64,000 nucleotides of DNA from contig CM060733.1 in the NCBI GenBank assembly GCA_030704615.1, forward strand, positions 46,190,001-46,254,000, read 5' to 3'. The first letter of the stretch is position 1. Each line of letters begins with the position of its first letter. Under the pieces are notes generated by a model, which was not told the origin of the DNA, did not search any database, and was given only the letters and a program-made list of their open reading frames with translations. The stretch comes from Takakia lepidozioides (Eukaryota; Plantae; Bryophyta). A program made the position numbers and the translations under genes. Below are positions 37,929-49,911 of the stretch, one piece after another.

Positions 37929-39254
37929 GTGAAGGCAGTGTACGATATTTGACACATTCCCCCATGCTGAGGATATGAATGTTGTCTGGTGCAGTAGCGG
38001 CACACATTGCCATTGCAAATCCTAAGGATGTGTGCTAGTGCACTAGAAAAACTTGGATGCATACCTTACTATCTTCCACCTGAGATCCTAACTAGATCCT
38101 AATTAATGAATGGTGCATTGTTATGATGCACTAGAGGCCAGCAAGGGAACCAGTGAGGTGGGAATAGGTATGTCATCCAGCAAGTAATTCTTTTTATGCT
38201 GTCCTGACTAATGCAAACAAATCTTTGAGATTCTACTGTGGCAGTCTATACGATGTCCTTAAGAATCTGTTGTTGCATGATGTTGGAATGCATGCCAGGT
38301 TGCTTTGTGAGGATTGCAAGGGCTGTCTTTGCATCCTTGCTGAGCTTATAGTGAAGAAAGCACAAAGCTGTTGTTATAGTATTCGTGATGGGCTGTCTCT
38401 TGGCATTGACCCCAATCTTTATCAAAATAAACCACCTGATGACTCCACTTAAACCCACTATTATATAAAGTTGATATTCATGATTGCCATTGCAAGGTGA
38501 CAGAGAGTACACACAACACACCACCACCTGAGCCCTGCTCCCATTGAAGTACATCTCTTGTGAGATCTCATTCCCTATTTCTTGATCTTTGTCCTAAGGC
38601 TCTATACACACCAACTTTCGTCCCTATGATAATTACACATGTTGAGACTAAGACCGGTACCAAGAAAGTGAAATTGAGGTGTTTAGTGTTTACCTACATG
38701 GTACTTGCATATCTTCTTAGAGAATTTAGCAGTGTTGGGACTAGGCATATAGCCTATACCATTGTGGCTTTAGTTGAGCGATCACTGCTGCTATCTTGTC
38801 CTATGTGCTCATAAGAAAGAAGATGGCAGATGTTTCCACGAGTCTTTTGCTTGCAAACGTGATTGCAATTGAGGCTAATGCCCCCTGAATCCTGATCTTC
38901 CACAATATGGGAAAGCTTCCATGTGCAGCAAAAAACCCAGAATGTTCAAGACATCAATCATGTCTATCTTGCATGGTTCAATGTTGAAGTCCTGCAGGTG
39001 ACTGCTCTGGGCAGTGCCGTGGCTTTGCATTTGCTTGCAAGAGCCCAAATGAAAATCTGCGTGTACAGATAAATGTCCGACCCACGAATTCACCATATTT
39101 TTGTAGATTGTTCTGGTCGAAAAATGTCCTGTGTTTAGTAGGGTGTTTACAGCACTTGCTAACACTTAAAACCGTCAGCTGTAACTGCCATATAGTGAGC
39201 ACTGTATGAAGCAGCACTGATCCCATCTTCACTCATTCCCTGCTTTAGTCAGAC

Positions 39255-42200
39255 GCAATTGTGGGCTGACCTCCCACCTACGCTGGGTAGACCCCACTAC
39301 CATTTCTTGAGGATATGCCACAGGAAATGCCCTCAACAGTACATCATGGTCAATATTCTAAGGAAATGGTGGATGGAGTGAGTAGCTACACAGATCAAAG
39401 ACTGAAGCAAGACACTCAACCCTTTCCAGAAAAACATCATTTTACCAGTAATCCCAACAATCGCTCGACCAACAAGCATTGAGATGAACTTGGTGGAGGT
39501 GTGGCAGTCACCACACACCCAAAGATTCTTGATGACACGGCGTCCTAGGGGCCGTGCTAATCAGCCCAAAACCAATGGCCAGATTCTCACTGTGGTGGCC
39601 AAGAGAAAATTCCTTTTGCTCCTCCCCCACATTATGCGTGTGTCAGGCACATACCCTGCATCCTTCATCTGCCCAGACAACCTTCTCAGCTCAGCATGGA
39701 CTTCCTGAAACTTGGGATGCAACTTGTCATCTACAATAAAACTGTGCACCCTGTTGCCGACCTCAATGCAGCAGCGACCTGGATCCTTTCCACCCCTCTG
39801 AGCTCCATCATTTTTCTCACCTTCGCACCATCATCCCACCTGCCAGCTGCAGCATAGATGTTTGATAGCAACACATAAGTCGCAGCGTCCTGTTCATCCC
39901 ATTTGAGAATAGATGTTGCCGCACGTTCAGCCATCTCCACATTGCAATGGATTCTGCAGGCACCGAGCAAGGCCCTCCAAACCATAGCATCTGGTTTCAT
40001 TGGCATTTTGTTAATGAAGTCCTCTGCCTCATCCAATAGCCCCGCACGGCCAAGAAGGTCCACCATGGAGACAAAGTGCTGCACTGCTGGAGTGATGCCA
40101 TGATCTTGACTCAGGGCGTCGAAGTAGTATTTGCCTTCATCCACGAGGCCAGCATGGCTACAGGCAGAGAGAACACACAGAAAAGTGATACTGTCCAGCT
40201 TCAAGCCTTCCATTTGCATCTCTTCCAATAGTTGCAGGGCCTCCATATCATAACCATGCTGGGCATATCCTGCGATCATTGAGTTCCAGGACACCACATC
40301 TCGTTTGGCCATATGGTTGAACACTCCCTTTGCATCCTCGATGCTCCCACATTTGGAATACATGTCCACGAGGGTATTGTTCAGAATGACATCTGGTACA
40401 ATCCCAGCTTTGATGATGTCACCATGGACCTCTTTGCCCTTTTCCAGGGCTGCCAGGCTCGCACACGAATTGCAAACGCAAATAAATGTGACTTGGTCGG
40501 GCTTGACCCCTTCCTGCATCATTTGCTGGTAGGTCTCCAAAGCCTCCATCCTGCGCCCCTGCTGTGCATATCCTGCAATCATCACATTCCACGACACCAC
40601 ATCTCGTTCAGCCATATTGTCGAACACTACCTTTGCATCCTCAATGCAGCCACATTTGGCATACATGTCCACAAGGGTACTGTTCAGATTGACATCTGGT
40701 ACAATTCCAGCCTTGACGATGTGACCATGGACCTCTTTACCCTTCTCCAGGGCTGCCAGGCTTGCACACGCATTGCAGACGGAAACAAACGTAATGCAGT
40801 TGGGCTTCACTCTTTCCTGCATCATTTGCTCATAGGACTTCAAAGCCTCCATCCCACACCCATGCTGTGCATATCCTGCGATCATTGAGTTCCACGACAC
40901 CGCGTCTCGTAAGGCCATGTGGTTGAACACTCCCTTTGCATCTTCAATGCTCCCACATTTGGCATACATGTCCACAAGGGTATTGTTCAGAATGACATCT
41001 GGTATAATTCCAGCTTTGATCATGTCACCATGGACCTCTCTGCCCTTTTCCAGGGCTGCCAAGCTCGCACATGCATTGCAAACGCAAACGAACGTGATGT
41101 GGTTGGGCCTCACTCCTTCCTGCATCATTTGCTCATAGGTCTTCAAAGCCTCCATCCCACACCCATGCTGCACATATCCTGCAATCATAGCACTCCAGGA
41201 CACCACATTCCGTTCAGCCATATGGTTGAACACTTCCTTTGCATTCTTGAAGCAGCCACATTTGGCATACATGTCCACAAGGGTATTGTTCAGAATGACA
41301 TCTGGTACAATACCAGCTTTGACAATGTCACCATGGACCTCTTTGCCCTTTTCCAGGGCTGCAAGGCTCGCACACGCATTGCAAATGCAAACAAATGTGA
41401 CATGGTCAGGCTTCACCCCTTCCCTCGCCATTTGTTCATAAATCTCCAAAGCCTCCATCCCACACCCATGCTGGGCATATCCTGTGATCATTGCGTTCCA
41501 TGACACCACATCTCGTTCGGCCATATTGTCAAACACTCCCTTTGCATCCATGATGCTCCCGCCTTTGGCATACATTTTCATAAGCGCAGTGTTCAGAATG
41601 ACATCTGGTACAATTCCAGCTTTGATGATGTCACGATGGACCTCTTTGCCTTTTTCCAGGGCTCCCAGGCTCGCGCACGCATTGCTAACGCAAACGAACG
41701 TGATGTGGTTGGGCTTCACACCTCCCCCTATCATTTGCTCATATGTCTCCAAGGCATTCTTACCACATCCATGCATGTTAAATCCCGCCATCATAATATT
41801 CCACGAGATCAAACTGCGTTGAGGCATTTTGTTGAACACTTTGTGAGCATCAAGGATGCTCCCGCACTTGACATACATGTTCACAAGGGTGTTGTGTAGA
41901 AAAACGTTTGGTTTGAATCCACTTTGGATAATGTGAGCATGCACCTGCTTTCCAGATTCCAGGCCTTTCATATTGATGCACTTACGCAAGAGACACACAT
42001 AAGTATCTGAATCTGCTGAAATGCCTCCTTGGTTTAAAGTCTGTAAAGTGTCTTTGAGTTGCCCTGCCTCACATAGCATCCTCACATGCCCAGAAGTGCC
42101 AGAAGTCGCATTGTGGACTCCCTCTCTTGGTCCTCTTTTGGAAGCTGTGGTCATGGTTGAGGTGCCTGATTTTATCAACTGTGCCGCCGCCACTGCTTCC

Positions 42201-43270
42201 AGTTGACTATCTACCCATGCAGGTTTCTTGTTGCTATCGACCCACAGGGAATCATAGGTAGTTTTGTGCTTGAAATCCGGCCCTCTTGAATGAATCTGGA
42301 CCCAAACTCTATCCCTGCTCCCTCAGCTATTCCTGCCGCTGCACAATGCATAGATCCTTGCCAGCAGCTGACAACGACAGCCTAGATTTGTTCTAGCAAA
42401 CACCCCAACCCTACCTATCACACACTAGTTCCTATGCCGAATTGCTCCCAAGACCTTAAAAATGAGAGGATGACTATTTCCAAGAAAGCTCTGATGCCTG
42501 TTGTTGTCTAATCTAACAGGCATTCACCTTTTTGTCTCGATTGTCCCACCATTGGTTGGTGTTTGAAAAATATTCCTTCCAAAGCTTCTCCTCATCTCTG
42601 TTATCTGTCTTTGGATACTTTCCTGTTGCCACATCGGCAGTAACATGTCAAAATCAATCCAAACCGCCATATAGATCCACCCAGCGAGCTACCTTGCAAA
42701 AGTCAACCTGGAAAATTAGGGACAACACTGATAAGAAGGCAACACAGGCTGAAATGTGTTGAAGAAGGTGCCCTCACCACATTGTCCTTGACCTTGTGTC
42801 ATGAAAGCAGCTAGCTTCTCTTTCACCCACGGAGAATTCAACCGACCATCAACCCAAAAGGACCTCTTGTGTGTGCTGCTTGTGTCTGTAGTCAGGTGAT
42901 CTCGGATTGGTCTGTGAGAACCACCACGGTGCAGCCGAGCAGCCAGAGACTTGAGCATGGCCTCCTAAGACCAAGCTGACCCTCCCAAGTACCTTGTACA
43001 CACCAGGAAGAATAGCAAATCATATTACTGACAGGAAGAGCCCACATTCTCGGAACAGACGAACTCCGTCACATCCAACATGAAAGAAAGCCACACCTTG
43101 CGATTGCGGTTGTCCCACCATTGTGAAGGATCTTTAAAAACCTCATGCCGCCGCTGCTCCATGCTCCACGGTAGATCTTCGTGTCCAGAAATCCGACAGC
43201 ATCAGCATTTTTGAGAAGTTCCTTTAGGGAGGAGTGCTGATGAGCTTTCAACAACATTGATACAAGTCAC
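39255..43270 (-). repeat. Right arm of the inverted segmental duplication (partner 13640-16800)
   Basis: Shared upstream blocks, PPR N-terminus (TSTMTT.S.RGPREGVHNA.SGTSGHV.MLCEAG) and 3' flank. Confidence 0.85.
39445..42193 (-). pseudogene. PLS-class PPR gene with an intact PLS-E array (ORF 39731-42193) but a frameshifted, eroded DYW domain
   Basis: 820-aa ORF of near-identical PLS triplets with a 303-bp period. Frameshift just before the PG box (~39790). Broken DYW remnants (HSE.., CGDCHTSTKFI, DYW) at 39445-39760. A 1-nt deletion at ~42305 relative to the 14.1-kb copy disrupts the N-terminal leader. Confidence 0.85.
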
Positions 43271-43941
43271 TTTGTGCTCCATTGCTGCTACTGTCCGTAG
43301 CTGTGGTTGTTCTTCCTGAGTAGGGCATGAAAGTAGGATGCACGAGGTCCAATCCAATCCACACAATATGATCATACAAGAGTTCAGTCAAACTCCCTCC
43401 GACTCCTCCACATCCTACAGGAAGCGAGCTCACCATGTCAAGGCTGCTGTCGCACCATTGTGAACGATCGTTAAAGAATCCCTGCCGGCGCTGTTCCATG
43501 CTCCAGCGTCCACCTATGCACCAGATACACCAATTATCGGCCTTGTCTCACGATCCCTCTGCGCATTGCCAATTGGGATGCCGCTTTCAGCTCCACAGCC
43601 CAGCCCTTCAATCCTTCAAAGCTTCAATCCTTAACCCCTGCAATCCTGAAAGCCTTGCTGCCCAAAATTATCTGGATATGATCTGTTCTTTTTCTGGTAT
43701 TCTCGAAAGGTTCTGTGTATTGCGTTTAAGTTGTATGCTGCGCGAGTTGCATGAGCTCTGCGATGTAGACAGGGATGGAATCGTGTTTTGGGCATCAATC
43801 CGCAAACTTTCAAGTGCACACTGCACACCAGGGGATTAGATCTTGTGGGTTATATGGCTGGCTTTCCACAACATTCCTGCAAGTTAGTCGAGGGCTCTAT
43901 CTGAAGCAGCACCACCAGAAACGTACAAATAAATAAATATA

Positions 43942-44103
43942 GACGCCTCCCCAGGGGAGCGTAACTTATAGTGTCTCTTCACCACAAGGGCTACTGCCTT
44001 CCAGCTCCAAGGTGGACACCTTCATGACACACCAGACTGTGGTTTGAACCCACAACCACATCCATCATGGTATGTGCCCATTACCACTGGGCTACATGCT
44101 GGC
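43942..44103 (-). mobile_element. tRNA-derived SINE, family A, copy 2
   Basis: A-box TAGCCCAGTGG and B-box GGGTTCAAACC on the minus strand; homologous to 3765-3925. Confidence 0.7.
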
Positions 44104-44364
44104 CTAGCGTCATGCAGTGCAGCCCAAAGATGCTCTTCTGAAGGAGCAAACAAGAAATGAGGGAGGAACTGTGACAGAATGTTTCATTCACACCTAAAAA
44201 GTAGGCTAGATGCCTGAGGAAATTGGCGGCTAAAAGGGTAATTGTAAGCCTTAGTGCATAGAAGTAGAATGTTATTTTGCTAACGGCTGCAAGTAGTGCA
44301 ATTAAAGATGATAGCGACTGCTCACAATTCAGGCCCTTGAGGAGGGGGAAAAATTAACCCCCTT

Positions 44365-44516
44365 TCAGATAAGCCATTAGGTACACAGGTGGGAACATCA
44401 CCGCCAGACCAACCGGTCACGAACAATCCATGCACCAGGCAGGGCAGCGGGTTTGAACCCCGAACCACCTGGGCGACACACTGTGCACTTATCAGCTGAG
44501 CTACCAGCTGAGATGC
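44365..44516 (-). mobile_element. tRNA-derived SINE-like element, different family
   Basis: Minus strand has GGTAGCTCAGCTGAT (A-box-like) and GGGTTCAAACCC (B-box). No second copy in the window. Confidence 0.5.
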
Positions 44517-46104
44517 CTCCTCCTTATTCTAAAGAGGAGACTACGCATCAGTGGCTAAGCAACGCTAAGCAACTATTGTGCCTTCCCAAGGGTCACCTCA
44601 TCTGCTTTGCTGAAAACTACTTCATGTGCCTCCAGGTAGCATCTCCCTTACATAACATCTCTCTTATAGAACAATTTATGAAGAATAAATTGATGATTTT
44701 CTCAAGTTTATTATGGATGAAAGTACATTTTACTATAAGTTCAGAAAGAGGAGCCATACGCGACTAGCCGCTTGTTTTACCATGGAATGGAAATCACTTT
44801 TTAACTATCAATTTTATTCATTGTTTTTTGCTTTCTTATCTCTCTCCTTTCAACTTATGATGAAAGCCATGAATTTTGAGCAAGCAACCCAATGACTGGC
44901 AATAACACCATGCTACCATCAACCTCATAGACTCATGTACATCAAGAATCAGAAATGAAACCGGCCTAATTGAACAATATATTTCATAACCCCAGTCATT
45001 TCAATTCAAATATTTTATTAACAAATATTCCACCAAAAGAACTAGATTCCACCATGCCCACGAGTCTAGTACCGACGCGAGAGATTATCGATGAGAGAGT
45101 ATAATCGTCTCGGTAAGGATGAGTGGCTAAAGGACCTGGTGTTTAAGTAGAACATGTTGCATCCACCGAAGTTCATAGTTTTTTATTTAGTGAAGATCTT
45201 AATATTTTGCTAGTGGAGTTATAGAGAAGATCATCGGGCTCACATTTTGTTGTTATATACTGTTTAATTTGTACAACCTATATTTGAAGTTTCCTGAGTA
45301 AGAAAACGGAATGCCTCATTAGTTCCATTAAGACTCGTCTGTCTATTGTGCTCTCTCATTTTTAGTTCCCCAACCTTGTGTTGGGTTCGTGAAGGGAGGG
45401 ACCATGACATCCGACCTTTCAAGCAAAGACAAAGACCTTACTCACCTAGGGGCTAAATGGTTGAAGCGTAGTCGTGCTCGCAACTGCTAACCACATCTAG
45501 ACTTGTGCCCACAATGACAATGATTAATTCTTAGCAATCACCTCCTGATTGTTACACCACAACTGCTGATTATACTCTAGAGATCCTGATGCGACAAATT
45601 CTATGAAAACACAGCACATAATGCATCGAAATACATACCTCAAAGAAGAAAAAACAACAACCATGCAATGCATGCTTCTCATATTCACTATGTTACTTAT
45701 CCATTAGTATTTGAACAAAGACGTTCAAATGAAACATACTTGCATTGAGCATAGTATTGTAGCACCATCAATCTTGCAAATCACATATAGACCTCATCCG
45801 CTTTTATGTACAAAGTCCTGACATAGACTTTTCTTCATCTATATCACAGAGGTGGTGGAAGTTGCCACTGATATTTGTAGAAATGCATCCTCTCTCTTGG
45901 GAAGCAATTCACCAAAGTAGTTAATGTGTGATAAATAGAATCAACTTTGATAAAACATATCTAGGCTGTCAATCTTTGATATCCTTCATTTTACGGACTC
46001 AATTGTTCAAAAGCAAAAAAATCGATCTTTCACTAGTTGTAATCTTTTGATTGACACATCCCATTTCAAAGATGTGTTAAAGACCAAGACAATTTGAAAG
46101 GGTT

Positions 46105-46530
46105 ATGTCAGCATACCCCCAAACACAGAGTTTCCTCTTGACACTGAGGACAATGAAAATGCGTGCGCACCATACAAACCATATACATGCGCCTCCTTGT
46201 TGAGTGCAAGATCTGACGCACCACCCAATGGTACTTGGGATGTGTAAATGGACTTCATTTCCAAAGTGGTCCAATATCCTCTGTCAATTGTCATTGGATG
46301 GTCATGGCCAACTTAAATTGCAAGTGGCTCATGGGTTCCTTCCCCACCTGCCTCATGTGAGATGAATGAAGAATCCAGATATTCACCATAGATGTATCAA
46401 GTAAGAAGAAGTACATACGGTGCCACCACTTGTGTGTCTTCATCTACACGCTATAAACACATATCAAATTGATCTTGCACATCTACACCTCGCATATAAC
46501 TTTAATGGTATTGCAAGTGCATGGGAGAGA
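46105..46530 (-). mobile_element. piggyBac-like transposase C-terminal fragment (degraded)
   Basis: Minus-strand translation SYMRGVDVQDQ...KTHKWWHRMYFFLLDTSMVNIWIL...SHLQFKLA, then RRRMYMVC...HCPQC...LCLGVC. This is the third catalytic Asp region (GVD..DQ) plus the cysteine-rich domain. Confidence 0.8.
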
Positions 46531-46869
46531 AAAAGAATATAAACACAACAATTTTCCTTCATGGGTTCATTTGTCATGTGCTGACAGAGGCTGCGATTTA
46601 AGTTGTTGTTGACGACAGATTAATGCCTGCTTCCCTGTGCATGCTCATCCCTAAACCTTCTCAATGTCACAGGTGAGTTAGGCCTAGCAAGATGCCTAAC
46701 TTGACAACATATATAGAATTTTTTTGTCAAACCATATCACTGCAGTCAGATCTCTGTCCTCATGCATGTTCATCACCAAGTCTTTCCGCTTTTATTTTAT
46801 TTTAAAAAAAAAAAAATCTTGGACAGTGCTGATGGTAGCCCCCCTTCGCTTTTTCTTTCATGAGTTACC

Positions 46870-47728
46870 TTCTACTTTTCAATTGTTTCAAACGTTGCAA
46901 ACCATTGATATCCACCTTTCTGCTTTTCATACCCCGACTAAAGGACAATCTAATCATCGCCGAGTCACTATTAGGGACAGATCCGAAGAATTTAGGTTGA
47001 ACGCCCTTTCCGTATTTTCATCATATTCGCAGTAGAGAAAGGGCGTTGGGCTGCTCAGAGGATTCGCGCGCGTGTTTAGGCGTTTGTTGTTTTTCGTGTG
47101 TTTAGGTTGCGAGGTTCTCGATGTGTTCGGTGTAGGTGCGATTGGGCATTTGATGAGAGAGAAAGTGTGGTTTGTATCTAATCTGGACAGTTCTAACTCG
47201 CGCCTTCTGACACTGTAGATGACGAACATGTATTGTGGTTGCTTCTACAAAACGTATGGTGTTTTTCCTTCTGAAATGAATGACCTTTCGCCTTGCAAAT
47301 CTCACTCGGCCCTGGTGTGCCTCTGCGGGTGTCAGAGGACATGTCCATTTGGTATACTACGAAGAATAACAAGGTGCAAATTGCGAAGGGTAGGACTTGT
47401 TACCTTGCCCAGTATGATCCTGTCACTGAGATCGGGGTCGTCTTTCTTGGTACTTCATCTGGATTCTTAGGGGTGAATGCAAATAGATTCGTTCCTGTTT
47501 ATGGTGGGGCCGTAGACCAGCATGATCTTCCTTTGTCGGTGGATCCGAGTTCTACATATGAGGGAGAGATAACATTATATCACGGATGTCGGAGTGCATT
47601 TTGAGAAAGCTTTTGTCTGTATTGGATTGAGCGACTGAATTTTCAAGAGATCTAGCATTTAATTTGAGCAATTCGTTGCAGTTTGCATACAAACACTCTT
47701 TGCATGTGCGTGCGGACTCATTTCATTT
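46870..47728 (+). pseudogene. DUF3990-like ADP-ribosyltransferase-fold gene, copy 2 (different deletion derivative)
   Basis: 46870-47030 and 47540-47728 match the reverse complement of ~10670-10815 and ~10465-10665 (YEGEITLYHG.RSA). It carries ~510 bp absent from copy 1, but lacks the C-terminal half. Confidence 0.75.
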
Positions 47729-47746
47729 CATTCTGAGCCTGCAAGT

Positions 47747-48860
47747 TTGAATGACAAGCTGCCTCTTGAATCTGAAGGTACTGGTACCTTGACATCCCCT
47801 CTTACCAGTAACTTGCAGTTGAGAGAGAGAGATGATCCTTGCAGTCCTAGTCCTAAGAAGGGAAAATGTGTTGTTGTGGAGGACTCCGAACCTGGTTTGA
47901 GGCCTTCATTGAATTTCCAGAATGTTGGGCTCTCTCATGTGCCTGCAAAGAGAGTACATGCAGCTAGCACATCTGCTCGAAGGTATGAATCGCGTCTGAT
48001 CAGACCTGCCATGCCTGTTAGAGTCAAACAATATGTGCTTTTTGGTGAGTTAGAAGAATGGGTGGATCCAGCCTCAGATTGGTATTATGGGGAGATTGTT
48101 GAGACTTGGGTTCATGTGCCTTCACGCCAGAAAATGGTAGAGGCTGACTTTGGCCCTTTGCTTGGTTTGAGGACACTTGACTTTGGGCAGTGTGATTTGC
48201 TTGGGCTGCCCACTGGTGCTTTGTTTGGGGAGGGCACGGCTGGAAAGAGGCAAGGGCCATTTGAGCAAAATAGTAGAGGGGATTTGTGCTCACAACACTT
48301 GATGGATGAAATTGACATTCCCGAGTTTGATGGTGATGAGGACTATACTGATGATCCTACAGCCTATGAGGGGGACACCGATGATGAAGACAAATGGAAT
48401 TGGCATGGGGAAATTGATGATGATACTATGTTGGGTGAGTTGGGAATCTATGATGAGGTTGTGGATTTGGATACCCTTCAGTTTAGAGATCTCTTCAAAA
48501 ACATCAATTGGCAGTCAACTGACACTTTGGTTGGAAACCCAGGTCAATTTGTTGGTCCTGTTCCTGGCCCAACTTTGCCAAGCACTTTTAGGAGCCACTT
48601 GCTCTCTTAGTTCGACCTTTTCTTCCCACGACCGAATCTGGTCCGTATAAACAACTCCCACAAAACCTTAGGAGATGTAAAGAAGTTATCAATGACCAAT
48701 GTGTGATCCACATGGAAGAATGCCAAGTATTCACATGGTTGAGCGCTCTCATTTACGCCGCAGATGCATTGTTTGTAGTCAGAGGTGTCGCACATTTTGT
48801 GGCCCTTGTGCCAATCGTTTTATGTGCCAAACAACTGTTTTCGGAGAGTTCATTGTAGGC
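47747..48860 (+). mobile_element. Internally deleted piggyBac-like transposase (N-terminal region plus C-terminal cysteine-rich domain)
   Basis: Acidic N-terminal tract, then FVGPVPGPT...LS*FDLFFP (piggyBac-type N-terminal motif), joined to RRRCIVCSQRCRTFCGPCANRFMC..NCFRRVH. The catalytic core is missing. Confidence 0.65.
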
Positions 48861-49086
48861 ATCGATAGGGTTCAATATAGATATCAATTTTGGTAGTGGC
48901 TACTGGCTACAACAACTCTTGACATTAGTGGACTTTGATGGTGTTTTAGTTTTTGGATATTGACATGTAGTTGTGGGGGGATGACAAGGTGGTGGGGTAA
49001 TAGAGACATGTGCTTAGTTTTGCGCCTTGGCATGGCATGGGGCAGGGGGCTGACTTATTGACATGACAGTTTGAAAATGCTACTGC

Positions 49087-49419
49087 GACTAGTCCAGGGG
49101 AAGTCACTTCCATTTTTTCCAAATGGCGTGCAAAAAAATATAGGGTAACATATATTCTTTGAAACAATATTTTTAGAAATAAAATTGGATGTCCTTATTT
49201 GTGGATACCGGATTTAAATAAAAATAGGGTTATGAATATATGCTTACTGTCAAATAAATAAAAAATAGCATGCTAGATAATTGTGTATATTACAAAATTA
49301 AATAATTATAGGGTGGATGAAAAAGGGGAAAAAAAAAAGTAATTCCCCCATAGAAAATACCTGTTTATCGCACGTGATTCCCTAAACTATATAGGGAGTG
49401 ACTTCCCCGAGTGACTAGT
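49087..49419. repeat. Imperfect subterminal inverted repeat downstream of the transposase remnant
   Basis: ACTAGTCCAGGGGAAGTCACTTCC (49088-49111) vs GGGAGTGACTTCCCCGAGTGACTAGT (49394-49419), with an AT-rich spacer. Confidence 0.6.
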
Positions 49420-49695
49420 ATCAATGGCCAATCACTAACATTTAGGATCACTAATAGTAGATAGAGGGGGGGCGGGGGGTTTGAAAGGGGGAGAGGGGGG
49501 GCTGTTTGGATAGTAGTGGTGGGAAATAGGGGGGGTGGGGGGGGGGTGTTTCGGAGGGGGAGATGGGGGCTGTGGGATGGTAGTGGTGGGGAATAGGGGG
49601 TGGGGGGGGGGGGCGGGCTCGGCTACGACGGGCAGCTCAGTTACCAGGTTCAATCCCCATCCGAGTCTGGGCTGTAGGGGAGATATGTTGTATCC

Positions 49696-49911
49696 TGAAA
49701 CATCAATGACTAAGTTCAGTAAGTGGCTGAACTAGTGTTTGATTTGAATACATTTAGCAAGTTCAAGATCCCCTTGAATTGTTGTGTCATTGCTTTTGTA
49801 CATTTGCTGGGATTCATACCATGAAACATATATGACTAAGTTCAGTACCTGGCTGAACTAGTGTTTGATATGAATACATTGAGACAGTTCAAGATCCCCT
49901 TGAATTGTTGT
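49696..49911. repeat. Direct duplication of a ~90-bp unit, ~126-bp period
   Basis: tgaaacat..atgactaagttcagta..tggctgaactagtgtttga...agttcaagatccccttgaattgttgt occurs twice. Confidence 0.8.

Noticed and set aside
39903-41899. Repetitive plus-strand ORFs
   Set aside because: Antisense shadows of the PPR repeats.
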